Positions 29,052 to 39,708 are shown, counted from the stretch's first letter. The stretch is 64,000 nucleotides of DNA from Candidatus Poribacteria bacterium (GCA_965214095.1 OZ243938.1:4192001-4256000), one strand, 5' to 3'. Numbers and translations: made by a program. The notes: generated by a model from the letters alone, not told the origin.

Positions 29052-30395
29052 ATGAAACAGTTCTGTGTTTTGAAAGAACAGACATTTAGGGGAATAAAAC
29101 ACCCTACATTTTGTGCTTATTTTGGGTTTGCTGTGCTCATAAGCACGCTATTTCTTGCTGCATGCGGTGGAAAACTGGGAACGATTGAATCCCAGGATGT
29201 AGAAACTCAACTCCACCAAGCAGAACAGGAAGTAAGATCAGCGCGTGATGCAAATGCTCATTCTCTTGCCTTTGAAGAATTTGAAAAGGCAGAAACCTAT
29301 CTTGAGCAAGCGAAGGATGCATATAAAGAAAAGAATGGGGTAGATGCCCTCAAATATGCTAATCAAGCAATCGCGCATGCAAAGATAGCAAAACGAAAAG
29401 CAAATCAGAATACGACAAATGCTGAATATAACGCAAAAATACTTGAAAAAGACGCTCTGATCACTAAACTCAAAAAAGACCTAAGTTCCAATGAAAGAAA
29501 ACACAATGAATTAGAAACAGAGGTCCAACAACTTCGTGATACAGAGAAAGCACTCCAGAATAACATTAACACATTAGAAAACCGAAATCAGGAATTGGTG
29601 AATGATCAAAGAGAACTCCAACGAAAAGTATCGGAAGTTAATGAGTCTTTAGAATCAATTCGGGCAAGAGCCACCCGTTATGAGAACGAAGTCAAGACCT
29701 ATGGCAACCAGGTGAATGAACTCAAACGGAAGATTGATGTCACTGACACTATGATGAAATCTGCGAATAAGCAAAAACGTGCAGCAATTGCAGAAGCAGA
29801 AGCAGTCAGAAAACAGATACGTGAACAAGCAAAGATCTTCACTGATAAACTTGTAGCAGCAAATAAGAAGAATATTGCTACTGAGCATGCAGAATATTTA
29901 CGTAAAGCGGCTGCGGAAGCACGGGCTTTTGAAAAAGAACTTCACAGTAACGAACCTAAACGTACTGGTAGGACAACACTTTCTACACAACAGATCAATA
30001 CGGGGAAAACTGCACTCAATCAATGGGAGAGTGCTTGGAATAGCAAGAATCTTGACGCACATTTTGCTCATTACACTCCTGATATGGCAGCAAACAAGAT
30101 TGTTACGATAGAAAGTAAAGAGAATCAAAATAAACTTGATCGTGGACAACTGGAAACTGATCTCCGTAAGATGAATACTCAGAAATGGGAAAAATTTGAT
30201 AGTACCACTGAGGTAGAACAGGAAAGTGTCATCGGCACTTTTAAATATAGACGATTAGTTTCAGCTGCTGAAACCGAGGATGATACAGCATTGTATGATA
30301 TCTGGTTCCGTGAAATATGGATACATCAGGTGCAGGGAAAATGGAAAGCATATCGTGAGATATGGCAAATCTATAAGAATGTACCTAAATTCTAA
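29052..30395 (+). CDS. Lipoprotein: DUF4398-like helical domain, long coiled coil and C-terminal NTF2-like domain
   Basis: Lipobox LAAC; AEQEVRSARDANAHSLA...AETYLEQAK; heptad region; WESAWNSKNLDAHFAHY...WKAYREIW. Confidence 0.6.
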   Translation: MKQFCVLKEQTFRGIKHPTFCAYFGFAVLISTLFLAACGGKLGTIESQDVETQLHQAEQEVRSARDANAHSLAFEEFEKAETYLEQAKDAYKEKNGVDALKYANQAIAHAKIAKRKANQNTTNAEYNAKILEKDALITKLKKDLSSNERKHNELETEVQQLRDTEKALQNNINTLENRNQELVNDQRELQRKVSEVNESLESIRARATRYENEVKTYGNQVNELKRKIDVTDTMMKSANKQKRAAIAEAEAVRKQIREQAKIFTDKLVAANKKNIATEHAEYLRKAAAEARAFEKELHSNEPKRTGRTTLSTQQINTGKTALNQWESAWNSKNLDAHFAHYTPDMAANKIVTIESKENQNKLDRGQLETDLRKMNTQKWEKFDSTTEVEQESVIGTFKYRRLVSAAETEDDTALYDIWFREIWIHQVQGKWKAYREIWQIYKNVPKF

Positions 30396-30407
30396 GGAGT
30401 CATGTAA

Positions 30408-31808
30408 ATGAATAATTTTCAGAACAATTCAAAAATTTCCAAAGCAGATATCATCAAATGGGGTTCAATTCCTGCAATAGTTATCATTATCGCATTAGCA
30501 GGTGTTTTACTTACACGTTCAAGTGAAACTTCTTCTGGTTTTTTGGCAAAATGGAAAAGTGCAATGGAATCTGGCAGTCTTGAAAGTTATGATGCTCTTT
30601 GGTCAAAGAACGCACGCGAGCAAATAGATTCAGGTTATCAAGACACAACGCGACTTTTTGCTGAAAACTTCGTTATTGAAGTGAATATTGCAAATGCTGT
30701 TGATAGAACAAGAAAAGTAGCACAATTTCCAAACTATCTACAGATTGAGGAAATACCTATACTCATCCATGCAATCGGTGAGCCGAGACTTCAATCAAGG
30801 ACATTAACTATCGCAAAAGAAGGATTCATCAGGCAACATTGGAAACTGATTAGTGATGAGGTCGTTAGAGAGGAGATCGGGGGTGATCTTTCTGCTTTTG
30901 AAGCGGAAAGATCGGATGATACGCCATCTCAGGCTACCAGTCCTGCTGCAGGTATAGTCATGGAATGGAAAACAGCCCTTGAAAATGGGGATCAAAAGAA
31001 ATACACATCTCTTTGGGACAAAAGTGCACGTAAGAAGCGACAGAATAGTTATCAACTTGCACTTGACCTAATGTCTGACTCAGCAGATGTTGATATTAGT
31101 CATGCATCCTATAAGCTGCTTTCGAATGCAAAAACTCGACATGTGGTTGATAACATTAGCGTCACTACTTACAGTAATGGGACTCCTATTGAACCTCACT
31201 CCCGCACTCTAACTGTTGAGAAGAAAGGGTTTTTCGTTAGACGTTGGAAAATAATCGATGATGAAGTTGATGGTGATTATCTTTCTGACCAACCGATTCC
31301 TCAAGAAGAGAATCCGATCGTTGAACCTATACCTGAAGAGACATCCTCTGGTATCTATGAAGGAAATGCTCCGATTGATACACAGCTCAAAGTCAGTCAA
31401 ATACTTGGGAAATGGCAACAAGCGTGGGAAGATAAAGATATGGATACCTATATGTCTATCTATGCAGAAAGGGCATTAATCACACGTGTATCTGTCCGAA
31501 ATGGAAAGGAATCACATTCATATCTTACCAAGAAGCAACTGCATCAGAAAATGAAGCGGTTGAATGTTCATTATTCGGAAATTCAGGTTAAGATTTCTAA
31601 TCTTCAAATCAATGGTGATAGAGCAGTCGCAGATGTAGAGTTTTTACAAGAATTCAAGGGGATCCCCGCATCAGGTTCTCGTCCTGCATATTCCGATATA
31701 GGCACAAAAAAGTTGGATTTAATGATAGATCCTTCTGATGGTTATTGGAAGATATACGGTGAGACGTGGAGCCGTTACGAAGATGTGCCAAAATTTCCTA
31801 AGAACTAA
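30408..31808 (+). CDS. Membrane-anchored protein with three NTF2-like repeats
   Basis: One N-terminal TM, then three WxxA(W/M/L)E...Y...WK(I/L) units. Confidence 0.6.
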   Translation: MNNFQNNSKISKADIIKWGSIPAIVIIIALAGVLLTRSSETSSGFLAKWKSAMESGSLESYDALWSKNAREQIDSGYQDTTRLFAENFVIEVNIANAVDRTRKVAQFPNYLQIEEIPILIHAIGEPRLQSRTLTIAKEGFIRQHWKLISDEVVREEIGGDLSAFEAERSDDTPSQATSPAAGIVMEWKTALENGDQKKYTSLWDKSARKKRQNSYQLALDLMSDSADVDISHASYKLLSNAKTRHVVDNISVTTYSNGTPIEPHSRTLTVEKKGFFVRRWKIIDDEVDGDYLSDQPIPQEENPIVEPIPEETSSGIYEGNAPIDTQLKVSQILGKWQQAWEDKDMDTYMSIYAERALITRVSVRNGKESHSYLTKKQLHQKMKRLNVHYSEIQVKISNLQINGDRAVADVEFLQEFKGIPASGSRPAYSDIGTKKLDLMIDPSDGYWKIYGETWSRYEDVPKFPKN

Positions 31809-31868
31809 TATCTGACTGAATAACAGAGATTTACCCGATTTTAGTTCCAACAGCATGAGTTTGTCAAA

Positions 31869-32282
31869 ATGCACACAGAGTATCGCACGAAACGGAAGAT
31901 TGAGTTCACCGATACCGATATGGCAGGTATCGTCCATTTTTCAAGGTTCTTTGTGTTTATGGAGACAGCAGAACACGAATTCCTACGGAGTTTAGGTACA
32001 AGTGTAGCAACTGAATTGAACGGTGATAAAATAGGATGGCCTAGGCTTGCCGCATCTTGTGAATATCATAGTCCATTGAGATTTGAAGATGAGGTGGACA
32101 TACACCTTTGGGTTTCCAAGAAAGGCACCAAGTCACTGACATATCAATTTTCATTTACACTTGAAGGTAAGGATATTGCACGTGGAGAGTTAACGACTGT
32201 TTGCTGTGTAACAAATCCTGGAGAAACATTACGCGCAATTCCTATTCCTGAATTCATCGCATCCCAAATTACACCAAAATAA
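31869..32282 (+). CDS. Acyl-CoA thioesterase (4HBT/YbgC hot-dog fold)
   Basis: FTDTDMAGIVHFSRFFVFMETAE motif. Confidence 0.9.
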   Translation: MHTEYRTKRKIEFTDTDMAGIVHFSRFFVFMETAEHEFLRSLGTSVATELNGDKIGWPRLAASCEYHSPLRFEDEVDIHLWVSKKGTKSLTYQFSFTLEGKDIARGELTTVCCVTNPGETLRAIPIPEFIASQITPK

Positions 32283-32286
32283 AACA

Positions 32287-32694
32287 ATGAAATATATTTA
32301 TCATCAAGAAGATGCCGAAGTGGTTTGCATTGAAGGCGATGCACCACGAACGCTCTATACACTCATAGAACCCAACACTCAGAAAGACACACGGTTTGCA
32401 ATGGGACTTGAGGAAATTGATCCACACAGTGAGATTCCGATGCATTCTCATAGCCACTCAGAGGAGATTATATTTGTGTTTGGTGGGAAAGGACAGGCAT
32501 ACATTGATGATGAGGTGACAGACCTGACACCAGGTACAGTGATATATCTTCCACCGAATGTTGAGCATCGTTTTGTTAACACAGGAGATGAACCGCTCTG
32601 GATTACATGGACACTTTCCCCACCCGGATTCGAGAATCAGATTCGGAAAATTGCTGATGGGTCGGCGGGGATGGAAGTATTCAGTGAATCTTGA
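32287..32694 (+). CDS. Cupin domain protein
   Basis: HSHSHSEEIIFV...PPNVEHRFVNTG cupin motifs. Confidence 0.9.
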   Translation: MKYIYHQEDAEVVCIEGDAPRTLYTLIEPNTQKDTRFAMGLEEIDPHSEIPMHSHSHSEEIIFVFGGKGQAYIDDEVTDLTPGTVIYLPPNVEHRFVNTGDEPLWITWTLSPPGFENQIRKIADGSAGMEVFSES

Positions 32695-32699
32695 TAGGA

Positions 32700-34799
32700 T
32701 TATACTGAACCACTAACAGATGAAGGTGCAACATCATAGTGTGAAAATTCCAATGTAAATGCCCCGCGTCCTTGCGTCATAGAACGAAGACGGGTTGTAT
32801 ATTGGAATGTTTCTGCTAATGGTATGATGGCATTGATGACATTATTTGCGTCTTGGGTAGTTGTCTCGTTGATTTGTGCGCGTCTGGCATTTAGGTCACC
32901 GATGACCTTACCAAGGTGTTCATCTGGCACAGTTATGTGAATTTGCATTATTGGTTCAAGCAGTAGTGGATTTGCTTGTCTGACAGCCTTTTCAAAAGCC
33001 AATACTGCGGCTGCTTCATAGGCGATCTCAGAAGAGTCGGTAGCATGTGTGGAACCACCGATCAATGTCACCTTAATATCTTGTAGTGTGTAACCCATGA
33101 GTGCACCTGTTCCCATTGCCCCTTCAAGTGCATTTTCTATAGCGTGAACATACTGACGTGGTATCTGAGTTTCATCGGTTCTGTCCTCAAATTGAAAACC
33201 TTCCTCCCGTTCCAAAGGTTCAACACGAACTTCAACATCACCAAAAATACCTTCCTCATCAGTCTTATGAATATGTGTTCCGCGTCCTTTTGCTGTAGTG
33301 CTTATTGTCTCACGGTATGCTACCTGTAGTTTACTAACTCGTGCATTTACGCCAAACTCTCTTATCATCCGGTCAGTAAGTATCTCTAAGTGAAGTTCAC
33401 CCATACCAGAGATAATACGTTGTCCAGTTTCCTTGTCAATACCAACTGTAAAAGTAGGATCTTCATCCATTAGTTTTTCAAGTGTTTCTTCTAAATCGTC
33501 CGTATCACTTGCACGTTCAGGTTCAATCGCAATAGATATGACTGGAGGCGGAAACTCAATGGATTCAAGTAACAGTGGGTGCTGCAGATCGCTCAGAGTG
33601 TGTCCAGTTTTTGTGGTTCGCATCCCTACAAGTGCAACGATGTCACCTGCATAAGCTGCATCACAAGTTTCTTCTTTATTTGCATGCATCTGTAGAATAC
33701 GATTAACTCTCTCACGTTTTTCAGTCGCTACATTGTAGACGACTTCACCTCGTTTGAGCGTTCCTGAATAGACACGGCAGTAGACCAACTTATCCACTGT
33801 GTCATGACTTGCCACTTTAAATGCTAATGCAGAGAATGGCTCTGTGTCGTCCGCATGACGAACAACTCTTTCAACCTGTTGTGTTTCTTCTTTTTTAGAC
33901 GATTTTCTTTTTGACTGTTTTGACACCTCACCTTCAATTGGCGGTACATCAATTGGAGAAGGTAGATAATTAATAACTGCATTCAGAAGTGGTTGGACTC
34001 CTTGGTTTTTTAGAGAGCTGCCGCATAGGACTGGAATAAAACTTCCTTTGAGTGTTGCACTTCGTATTCCATCAATTAGTTCTTCGTTTGAAATCTCTAT
34101 GCCCTCAATATATTTCTCAAGTAGTTCATCATCTTCAGAGGCAACATTTTCAACGAGTGATTCGCGGGCAGTATTCGCTGCTTCTTGGAATTCAGATGGA
34201 ATATCTTTTTCTTCGAAGGTCTTTCCTTGATCAGTATCGTCCCAATAAATGGCTTTCATCGTAATCAGATCAACAACACCTGTGAAATCACGTCCTTCAC
34301 CGATTGGTATTTGCAGTGGGACAGGATTTGTGCCGAATCGGTCTTGCATCATCTCAAGGACACGCGAGAAATTTGCACCAACACGATCCATCTTATTGAC
34401 GAATGCAAGACGGGGTATGTTGTACCGTTCTGCTTGATTCCACACCGTTTCTGATTGGGGTTCAACACCACCGACAGCACAGAAAAGTGCGATCGCTCCA
34501 TCTAATACTCGGAGGGATCGTTCTACCTCTACGGTAAAATCTACGTGTCCGGGTGTGTCAATTAGATGGATAGCATGGTCTTGCCAAAAGCAGGTTGTCG
34601 CTGCAGCAGTGATTGTTACACCGCGTTCGCGTTCCTGCACCATCCAATCCATTTCTGCGGTGCCTTCATCTACTGTGCCGATTTTATGTTTTTTTCCTGT
34701 ATAGAAAAGGATGCGTTCGGTGGTTGTTGTTTTTCCAGCATCAATGTGTGCTGCAATTCCGATATTGCGCACCTTTTCAATTGGATATTCGCGTGCCAT
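32700..34799 (-). CDS. fusA: Elongation factor G paralogue (stand-alone)
   Basis: [34 protein letters not shown] and LRSMTQGR motifs; not flanked by rpsL/rpsG/tuf. Confidence 0.92.
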   Translation of the reverse strand: MAREYPIEKVRNIGIAAHIDAGKTTTTERILFYTGKKHKIGTVDEGTAEMDWMVQERERGVTITAAATTCFWQDHAIHLIDTPGHVDFTVEVERSLRVLDGAIALFCAVGGVEPQSETVWNQAERYNIPRLAFVNKMDRVGANFSRVLEMMQDRFGTNPVPLQIPIGEGRDFTGVVDLITMKAIYWDDTDQGKTFEEKDIPSEFQEAANTARESLVENVASEDDELLEKYIEGIEISNEELIDGIRSATLKGSFIPVLCGSSLKNQGVQPLLNAVINYLPSPIDVPPIEGEVSKQSKRKSSKKEETQQVERVVRHADDTEPFSALAFKVASHDTVDKLVYCRVYSGTLKRGEVVYNVATEKRERVNRILQMHANKEETCDAAYAGDIVALVGMRTTKTGHTLSDLQHPLLLESIEFPPPVISIAIEPERASDTDDLEETLEKLMDEDPTFTVGIDKETGQRIISGMGELHLEILTDRMIREFGVNARVSKLQVAYRETISTTAKGRGTHIHKTDEEGIFGDVEVRVEPLEREEGFQFEDRTDETQIPRQYVHAIENALEGAMGTGALMGYTLQDIKVTLIGGSTHATDSSEIAYEAAAVLAFEKAVRQANPLLLEPIMQIHITVPDEHLGKVIGDLNARRAQINETTTQDANNVINAIIPLAETFQYTTRLRSMTQGRGAFTLEFSHYDVAPSSVSGSV

Positions 34800-34828
34800 T
34801 TGTTTCCTTATTTAGAATAAGAAGAATT

Positions 34829-35830
34829 CTAAGTGTCTTTATTCCATTGTAGAACAACACCAAGCAGACCAGGATTCCATTCCATTAGCATTTGATATGC
34901 CTTCGGTGCTTCGTGTCCAAGAACTTTGTGACTTATCAGTGGATTGACATTAAACCTATTATGTGAAATTAGAGAGATCATCAAACGACAATCATCATCG
35001 CTTGTCCAAAAATTTGGTGATGATTCTTGACGGGGACGAATAGAATTGTGTGCTCCATATAAGATCAATCCCTTTTTATGTACATCCCGATAGAAGTTGA
35101 CCATTGGAGTTTCACCACGGGTGCTTGCTAATAGAACAACCCTTGCACCCCATCCTGCAACTTTCATTGCAGTGGAAATACCTTCTGGATGACCAGTTGC
35201 CTCAATTACTATTGTTGGTCCTTTTCCCATTGTCGCATCGTTTAACTGATGAGAAAAATCTTTATCTTCTGGGTTTAGAATATAGTCTGATCCAATTGAT
35301 TTTGAAAGTTCAAGACGACTGTCTGTTAAATCCGCTGCTATCAAGGGAAATGCACCACTCAGTTTAGCGAGTTGTAAAGCAAGCAATCCGATGAGTCCTT
35401 GTCCAAGTATCAATGTAGGTTCTCCGAGCTCAATTCTTGCCTTCCGTATTCCTTGCAATGCAATTGCACTGAGATTGAAAAAGACAACTTCTTCGGAGGA
35501 AACATCTGAAGATTCTACCTTAAGTAATCTACTTGGAGATGTGATAGCGTGACTGGTATGACCGATGGTAGATGCGACACGGTCATCTATTGCTATACCA
35601 CTAACATTTTTCCCTACGTCTACAACTTTTCCAATATTGCTATATCCTGGACGGGTAGGATAATTTCCCATTGCATTTGGTAATCCTAACAAAAACGCTC
35701 GTTCCGTCCCAGGACTTATGAGTGTACACTCAGATTCAATCAATACTTCATCATCTTTGATGGCATGTATTTCAAATTCTTCAATATCTACTTTGGCGCG
35801 ACTTGGCCATACAACACGTTGTCCTATCAT
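34829..35830 (-). CDS. MDR (zinc-binding alcohol dehydrogenase superfamily) oxidoreductase
   Basis: ISPGTE, PGYSNIG, GQGLIG and IEATG motifs. Confidence 0.88.
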   Translation of the reverse strand: MIGQRVVWPSRAKVDIEEFEIHAIKDDEVLIESECTLISPGTERAFLLGLPNAMGNYPTRPGYSNIGKVVDVGKNVSGIAIDDRVASTIGHTSHAITSPSRLLKVESSDVSSEEVVFFNLSAIALQGIRKARIELGEPTLILGQGLIGLLALQLAKLSGAFPLIAADLTDSRLELSKSIGSDYILNPEDKDFSHQLNDATMGKGPTIVIEATGHPEGISTAMKVAGWGARVVLLASTRGETPMVNFYRDVHKKGLILYGAHNSIRPRQESSPNFWTSDDDCRLMISLISHNRFNVNPLISHKVLGHEAPKAYQMLMEWNPGLLGVVLQWNKDT

Positions 35831-35959
35831 GAATCTCAACCTCTTAACATAAGAAGGATAATCGTTTTGAAGTATATCACAAAAACCAATATCCTTCAAG
35901 TTTAATTATGCTAATTCTATAGATGAATTTGCATTTTGAACAAGTAATGTAAGAGGACA

Positions 35960-36056
35960 ATGAAATGCGTCCTACGAAGGTGTTTTCCACAGGCCGGTAG
36001 TTCGGTTAGGAAACCGAACCTACCGGTACTGGAAGGCCGTTAAATTGACACCTGTA
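35960..36056. repeat. REP hairpin plus an orphan IS4-like terminus
   Basis: CCGGTAGTTCGGTTAGGAAACCGAACCTACCGG at 35994-36026; TAAATTGACACCTGTA at 36041-36056 matches the IS4 TIR at 13 of 16 positions. Confidence 0.65.
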
Positions 36057-36064
36057 GTGACTGT

Positions 36065-37669
36065 TTATCTATCGTCCGATTGAATTCTTAGTGTTTCATA
36101 ATTCGCACGTTGACGTAGATCTTTGAAGTAGATGAGAGCTAACTTTTCATTATTTTCTTTGAGTTTGTCAACAACCTTCGAAAAATCATCTAAGGTTTTA
36201 ATCTCTGTATAATCTACCTCTTTGATGAGATAACCAGGTCTGATACCACTTCTTGCGGCAGGACTTCTTTGTTCAACTTCTACGACAATGACGCCAGTTT
36301 CATCTTGGTGTCCGTAACGTTTTGCAAGTTGAGGAGTTAAGTTTTGCACACGCATTCCCGATAAAGTTACATGACTGTCAATAACTTGTTCAGGTGAATC
36401 AAAACTTGCTAATGCTTCTTCAGTCCGTTTGTCAAGTTTTACGGTTAAGAGAATTTCTTTTCCTTCTCTTAGGACTTTCACTTTAACTTTAGAACCGACT
36501 CCAGCAGATGCAACAGTTCGCATGAGATGTGAAGTGTCTTTGATTGTTTGCCCATTAAATTCAAGGACTACATCGCGCCGTTGTATACCCGCTTTTTCAG
36601 CAGGACTATTTTTACCGACTACTACTACAATAGCACCTCGTGGTTCATCAAGATTCAGTTTTTCTGCCATATCGTGATCAACAACGTCCATTCTTATACC
36701 GAGCCAACCACGGATAATTTTTCCATGTTCAATAAGTTGTGGCAGCAGATCACTCGCAAGATTACTTGGGATTGCAAAACCTATACCTACATTACCTGCG
36801 GCATATCCATTTGTAGCAATTAGGGTATTTATACCGACCAATTCACCACGGATATTAATTAATGCCCCACCACTATTCCCTTGATTTATCGGTGTGTCAG
36901 TCTGAATGAAGTTGCTATATTTAATATTGGATCGGTATCTATCCTTCGCACTCACAATACCGCGCGTTACTGTCTGAGAGAGATTAAAAGGAGTGCCAAT
37001 TGCAACAACCCATTCACCGACTTCAAGTGAATCTGAATTCCCGAAGGGGAGTGGAGATAATCCTTTTTCGTCTATTTTAAGAACTGCTAAATCAGTTCCG
37101 TAACCTTCCGTTTCAGCTGGATCAGTTCCAATTAACTCCGCATCGTATTGTTTTCCATTTGATAAGGTTATCATTATTTCATCAGCCTTATCAATAACAT
37201 GGTTGTTTGTAAGTATAAATCCATCATCACTAACGATTACACCCGAACCGATTCCGATGGCTTGCCTGGTAGGTGGTTGATTGTTTGGATTTCCTTCCTC
37301 AAAATCTCTTTGATTCGGATTCAATTCAAATCTGTCAAAGAATCTTCTGAATTCTTCTGTATCAAAACCATCTGGAGGGATAATTTGATACCTTGAATTT
37401 GTCCGTTCAATTGTTTGTTTTCTAATCGTTGTTATCTGGACAACAGATGGACTTGTGTGTTTTACTAAATTTATAAATGCGCGGTTCGCACGGTCAAGAT
37501 ATTGGAAATCTTCCGATTCCACGAATTTTTTGTGCGTATCACCAATTGCTGCCGGTATAACAAATTTATCGCCATCATGACTAATAATGAATCCGGCTGC
37601 AACAGCAAGTGCAGATATAATTAAAATAAGTGCTACTTTTCGGTGTAGTAAGTTTCTGAAATTTAACAT
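36065..37669 (-). CDS. degP: DegP/HtrA serine protease with two PDZ domains
   Basis: GSGVIV, TNNHV, DLAVLK and INQGNSGG catalytic motifs; RGWLGI PDZ start. Confidence 0.93.
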   Translation of the reverse strand: MLNFRNLLHRKVALILIISALAVAAGFIISHDGDKFVIPAAIGDTHKKFVESEDFQYLDRANRAFINLVKHTSPSVVQITTIRKQTIERTNSRYQIIPPDGFDTEEFRRFFDRFELNPNQRDFEEGNPNNQPPTRQAIGIGSGVIVSDDGFILTNNHVIDKADEIMITLSNGKQYDAELIGTDPAETEGYGTDLAVLKIDEKGLSPLPFGNSDSLEVGEWVVAIGTPFNLSQTVTRGIVSAKDRYRSNIKYSNFIQTDTPINQGNSGGALINIRGELVGINTLIATNGYAAGNVGIGFAIPSNLASDLLPQLIEHGKIIRGWLGIRMDVVDHDMAEKLNLDEPRGAIVVVVGKNSPAEKAGIQRRDVVLEFNGQTIKDTSHLMRTVASAGVGSKVKVKVLREGKEILLTVKLDKRTEEALASFDSPEQVIDSHVTLSGMRVQNLTPQLAKRYGHQDETGVIVVEVEQRSPAARSGIRPGYLIKEVDYTEIKTLDDFSKVVDKLKENNEKLALIYFKDLRQRANYETLRIQSDDR

Positions 37670-37807
37670 GATTTTTTCCTCCAGTAAATTTAATCACAAA
37701 AAAGACTATATCATTTGTGTTTTCGCACTAAAAACACACCAATAATTTAAAATAGTTGCAAAAAAATCTATAATTCACCTCTCATAGTCCGTGAAGCCCA
37801 AGTCTTA

Positions 37808-37920
37808 TGAAGATTAAGAAATAAATTAGGTAATTTCCTTGAGAAGTCCGGAGCGGTTAGGAAACCGCTCCTACCGGGTTTGAGAAAATGAGAATTACCC
37901 GTTTAATAAATTAATCTTCA
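37808..37920. mobile_element. 113-bp MITE carrying a REP, nested in the IS605 left-end hairpin
   Basis: TIR TGAAGATTAA/TTAATCTTCA, TTA on both flanks, internal GGAGCGGTTAGGAAACCGCTCCTACCGG. Confidence 0.75.
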
Positions 37921-37967
37921 TTAGACTTGGGATATGAGAACTTTTCTTTGCTTTAGCCCAAATATAT

Positions 37968-37996
37968 TTGACTATTAACTAAATATATGTTATTAT
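37968..37996 (+). promoter_or_regulatory. Probable tnpA promoter
   Basis: TTGACT-N17-TATTAT with an extended TG. Confidence 0.6.
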
Positions 37997-38029
37997 ATAT
38001 AATATATATCTAATAAATGAATATATAGA

Positions 38030-38446
38030 ATGTTAGAACTTAAAGAAAAACCCTCTACCTACAAATCAACTCATTCTTTAGTCTATAGTTGTGATTACCA
38101 TGTGATTTGGTGCACAAAATATCGTCGTCCTGTGCTTGTCTCTCCTATTGCTGAACGGCTCAAAACACTGATCTATGAACAGCAAGAGGTTTATGGGTAT
38201 GAAGTGCACGCCTGTGAAGTGATGGATGACCATGTTCATATTCTGATGAGTAGTAGTCCCCAACTCGCTCCTGCATCTGTCGTTGGCAGGATCAAAGGTT
38301 GGACTTCTCGTGTGTTGCGTGATGAGTATCCCTCTCTGAAATCTCGTATTCCCTCGCTTTGGACGCGTTCTAAATTTATCGCCTCCACAGGGGGTATCGC
38401 TTTAGAAGTGCTTCGCAAGTATGTAGAGAACCAGCGAGGTAAATAA
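38030..38446 (+). CDS. tnpA: IS200/IS605 Y1 HUH transposase
   Basis: YHVIWCTKYRR, HUH motif DHVHIL and catalytic Tyr in KYVENQ. Confidence 0.96.
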   Translation: MLELKEKPSTYKSTHSLVYSCDYHVIWCTKYRRPVLVSPIAERLKTLIYEQQEVYGYEVHACEVMDDHVHILMSSSPQLAPASVVGRIKGWTSRVLRDEYPSLKSRIPSLWTRSKFIASTGGIALEVLRKYVENQRGK

Positions 38447-39708
38447 TGGTTTTAACGTTCAAATACCGCTTGTATCCGACACCTACGCAAGAAACCGAGT
38501 TATATCAATATCTTTCGCATTTGTGTGAGTTACACAACTCAGCGCGACTGAATCGTATGCGTGCGTATGAAGAAGAGAAACGTTCTGTAAGTTATGCTGA
38601 ACAGTGTCGGCTTCTGACACAAGCACGTGCAAAGTATGAAGACTTCGACATTGTGCCGCAAGAGTTTCAGAAACACGCACTTCAACGTGTGAACAAAGCT
38701 TTTGCGAACTTTTTCCGTCGTGTCAAACAAGGCGGTGAAAAACCGGGATTCCCACGCTATCGCAAACGTATCCGTTCTCTCACCTGGAGTCTACGTAAGA
38801 ACAAAGCAGGCATTCGTCAAAATCCTATTCGTCCAACGAAGCACCGTTTAGATAGACTGATTGTGCCCAAACTCGGTGAAATCAAGATGCGGATGTCCCG
38901 TCCCATCCAAGGTGACCCGAAAGAGGTTACTATCGTGAAAAAAGCCTCCGGGTGGTATGCACATATCTCCTGCGACATCGGTGATACGCCGAAAGTGGAA
39001 CCGACCCGTGCTGTTGCCGTTGATGTCGGCACGAACCACTATTTGACGACATCTGCGGGTGAAAAAGTTGGAAACCCGCGTTGGTATCGCAAAGCGGAGG
39101 GGTTACTCCGCAAGCACGCTAAAGACCTTTCTCGTAAAAAGTTAGGTTCTCACCGTAGAAAGAAACAACACCACAAACTCGCTTTACATCAGGAGCGCAC
39201 TGTAAACAGACGCAGAGACTTTATCGGTAAACTCGTTTACAAACTCTACCATCATAAGAAAAATAATGTCTTGGTAACCGAAAATCTAAATACTGCCAAT
39301 ATGGTTCAGAACAAATACCTCAGCAAGAGTATCAGCGATGCGTCTTGGGCACACTTCTTTGAGTGGTGTGGGAACATAGCCGAAAGAGACGGTTTCCATT
39401 TCCACCAAGTTGATCCGAAGAACACCTCGCAAACTTGCTCTTGCTGCGGGCAGAAAGCACCGAAAAAGTTATCGCTATCGGTGCGGACATTCAACTGCGG
39501 ATATTGTGGACACTCGCTTGACCGAGACCACAACGCTGCAGTAAACATACTTTTTCGGGCAGCTGCTGCCCGTCGTGGAGAGCGGTGGGTTACCACCCTC
39601 TATGAAACGAGAAACAAGAACGAAGCAACAAAGGCTATGGAGAAGAAAATCATTCAGTTATCGCTGTTTGAACCTCTTAACAATCCCAATGCCTTTAGGC
39701 TTGGGTAG
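38446..39708 (+). CDS. tnpB: TnpB RNA-guided endonuclease
   Basis: TFKYRLYPT HTH, RuvC-I AVDVG, RuvC-II VTENL, zinc finger CSCCG/CGYCG and RuvC-III DRDHNAAVNI; TAATG coupling to tnpA. Confidence 0.96.
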   Translation: MVLTFKYRLYPTPTQETELYQYLSHLCELHNSARLNRMRAYEEEKRSVSYAEQCRLLTQARAKYEDFDIVPQEFQKHALQRVNKAFANFFRRVKQGGEKPGFPRYRKRIRSLTWSLRKNKAGIRQNPIRPTKHRLDRLIVPKLGEIKMRMSRPIQGDPKEVTIVKKASGWYAHISCDIGDTPKVEPTRAVAVDVGTNHYLTTSAGEKVGNPRWYRKAEGLLRKHAKDLSRKKLGSHRRKKQHHKLALHQERTVNRRRDFIGKLVYKLYHHKKNNVLVTENLNTANMVQNKYLSKSISDASWAHFFEWCGNIAERDGFHFHQVDPKNTSQTCSCCGQKAPKKLSLSVRTFNCGYCGHSLDRDHNAAVNILFRAAAARRGERWVTTLYETRNKNEATKAMEKKIIQLSLFEPLNNPNAFRLG

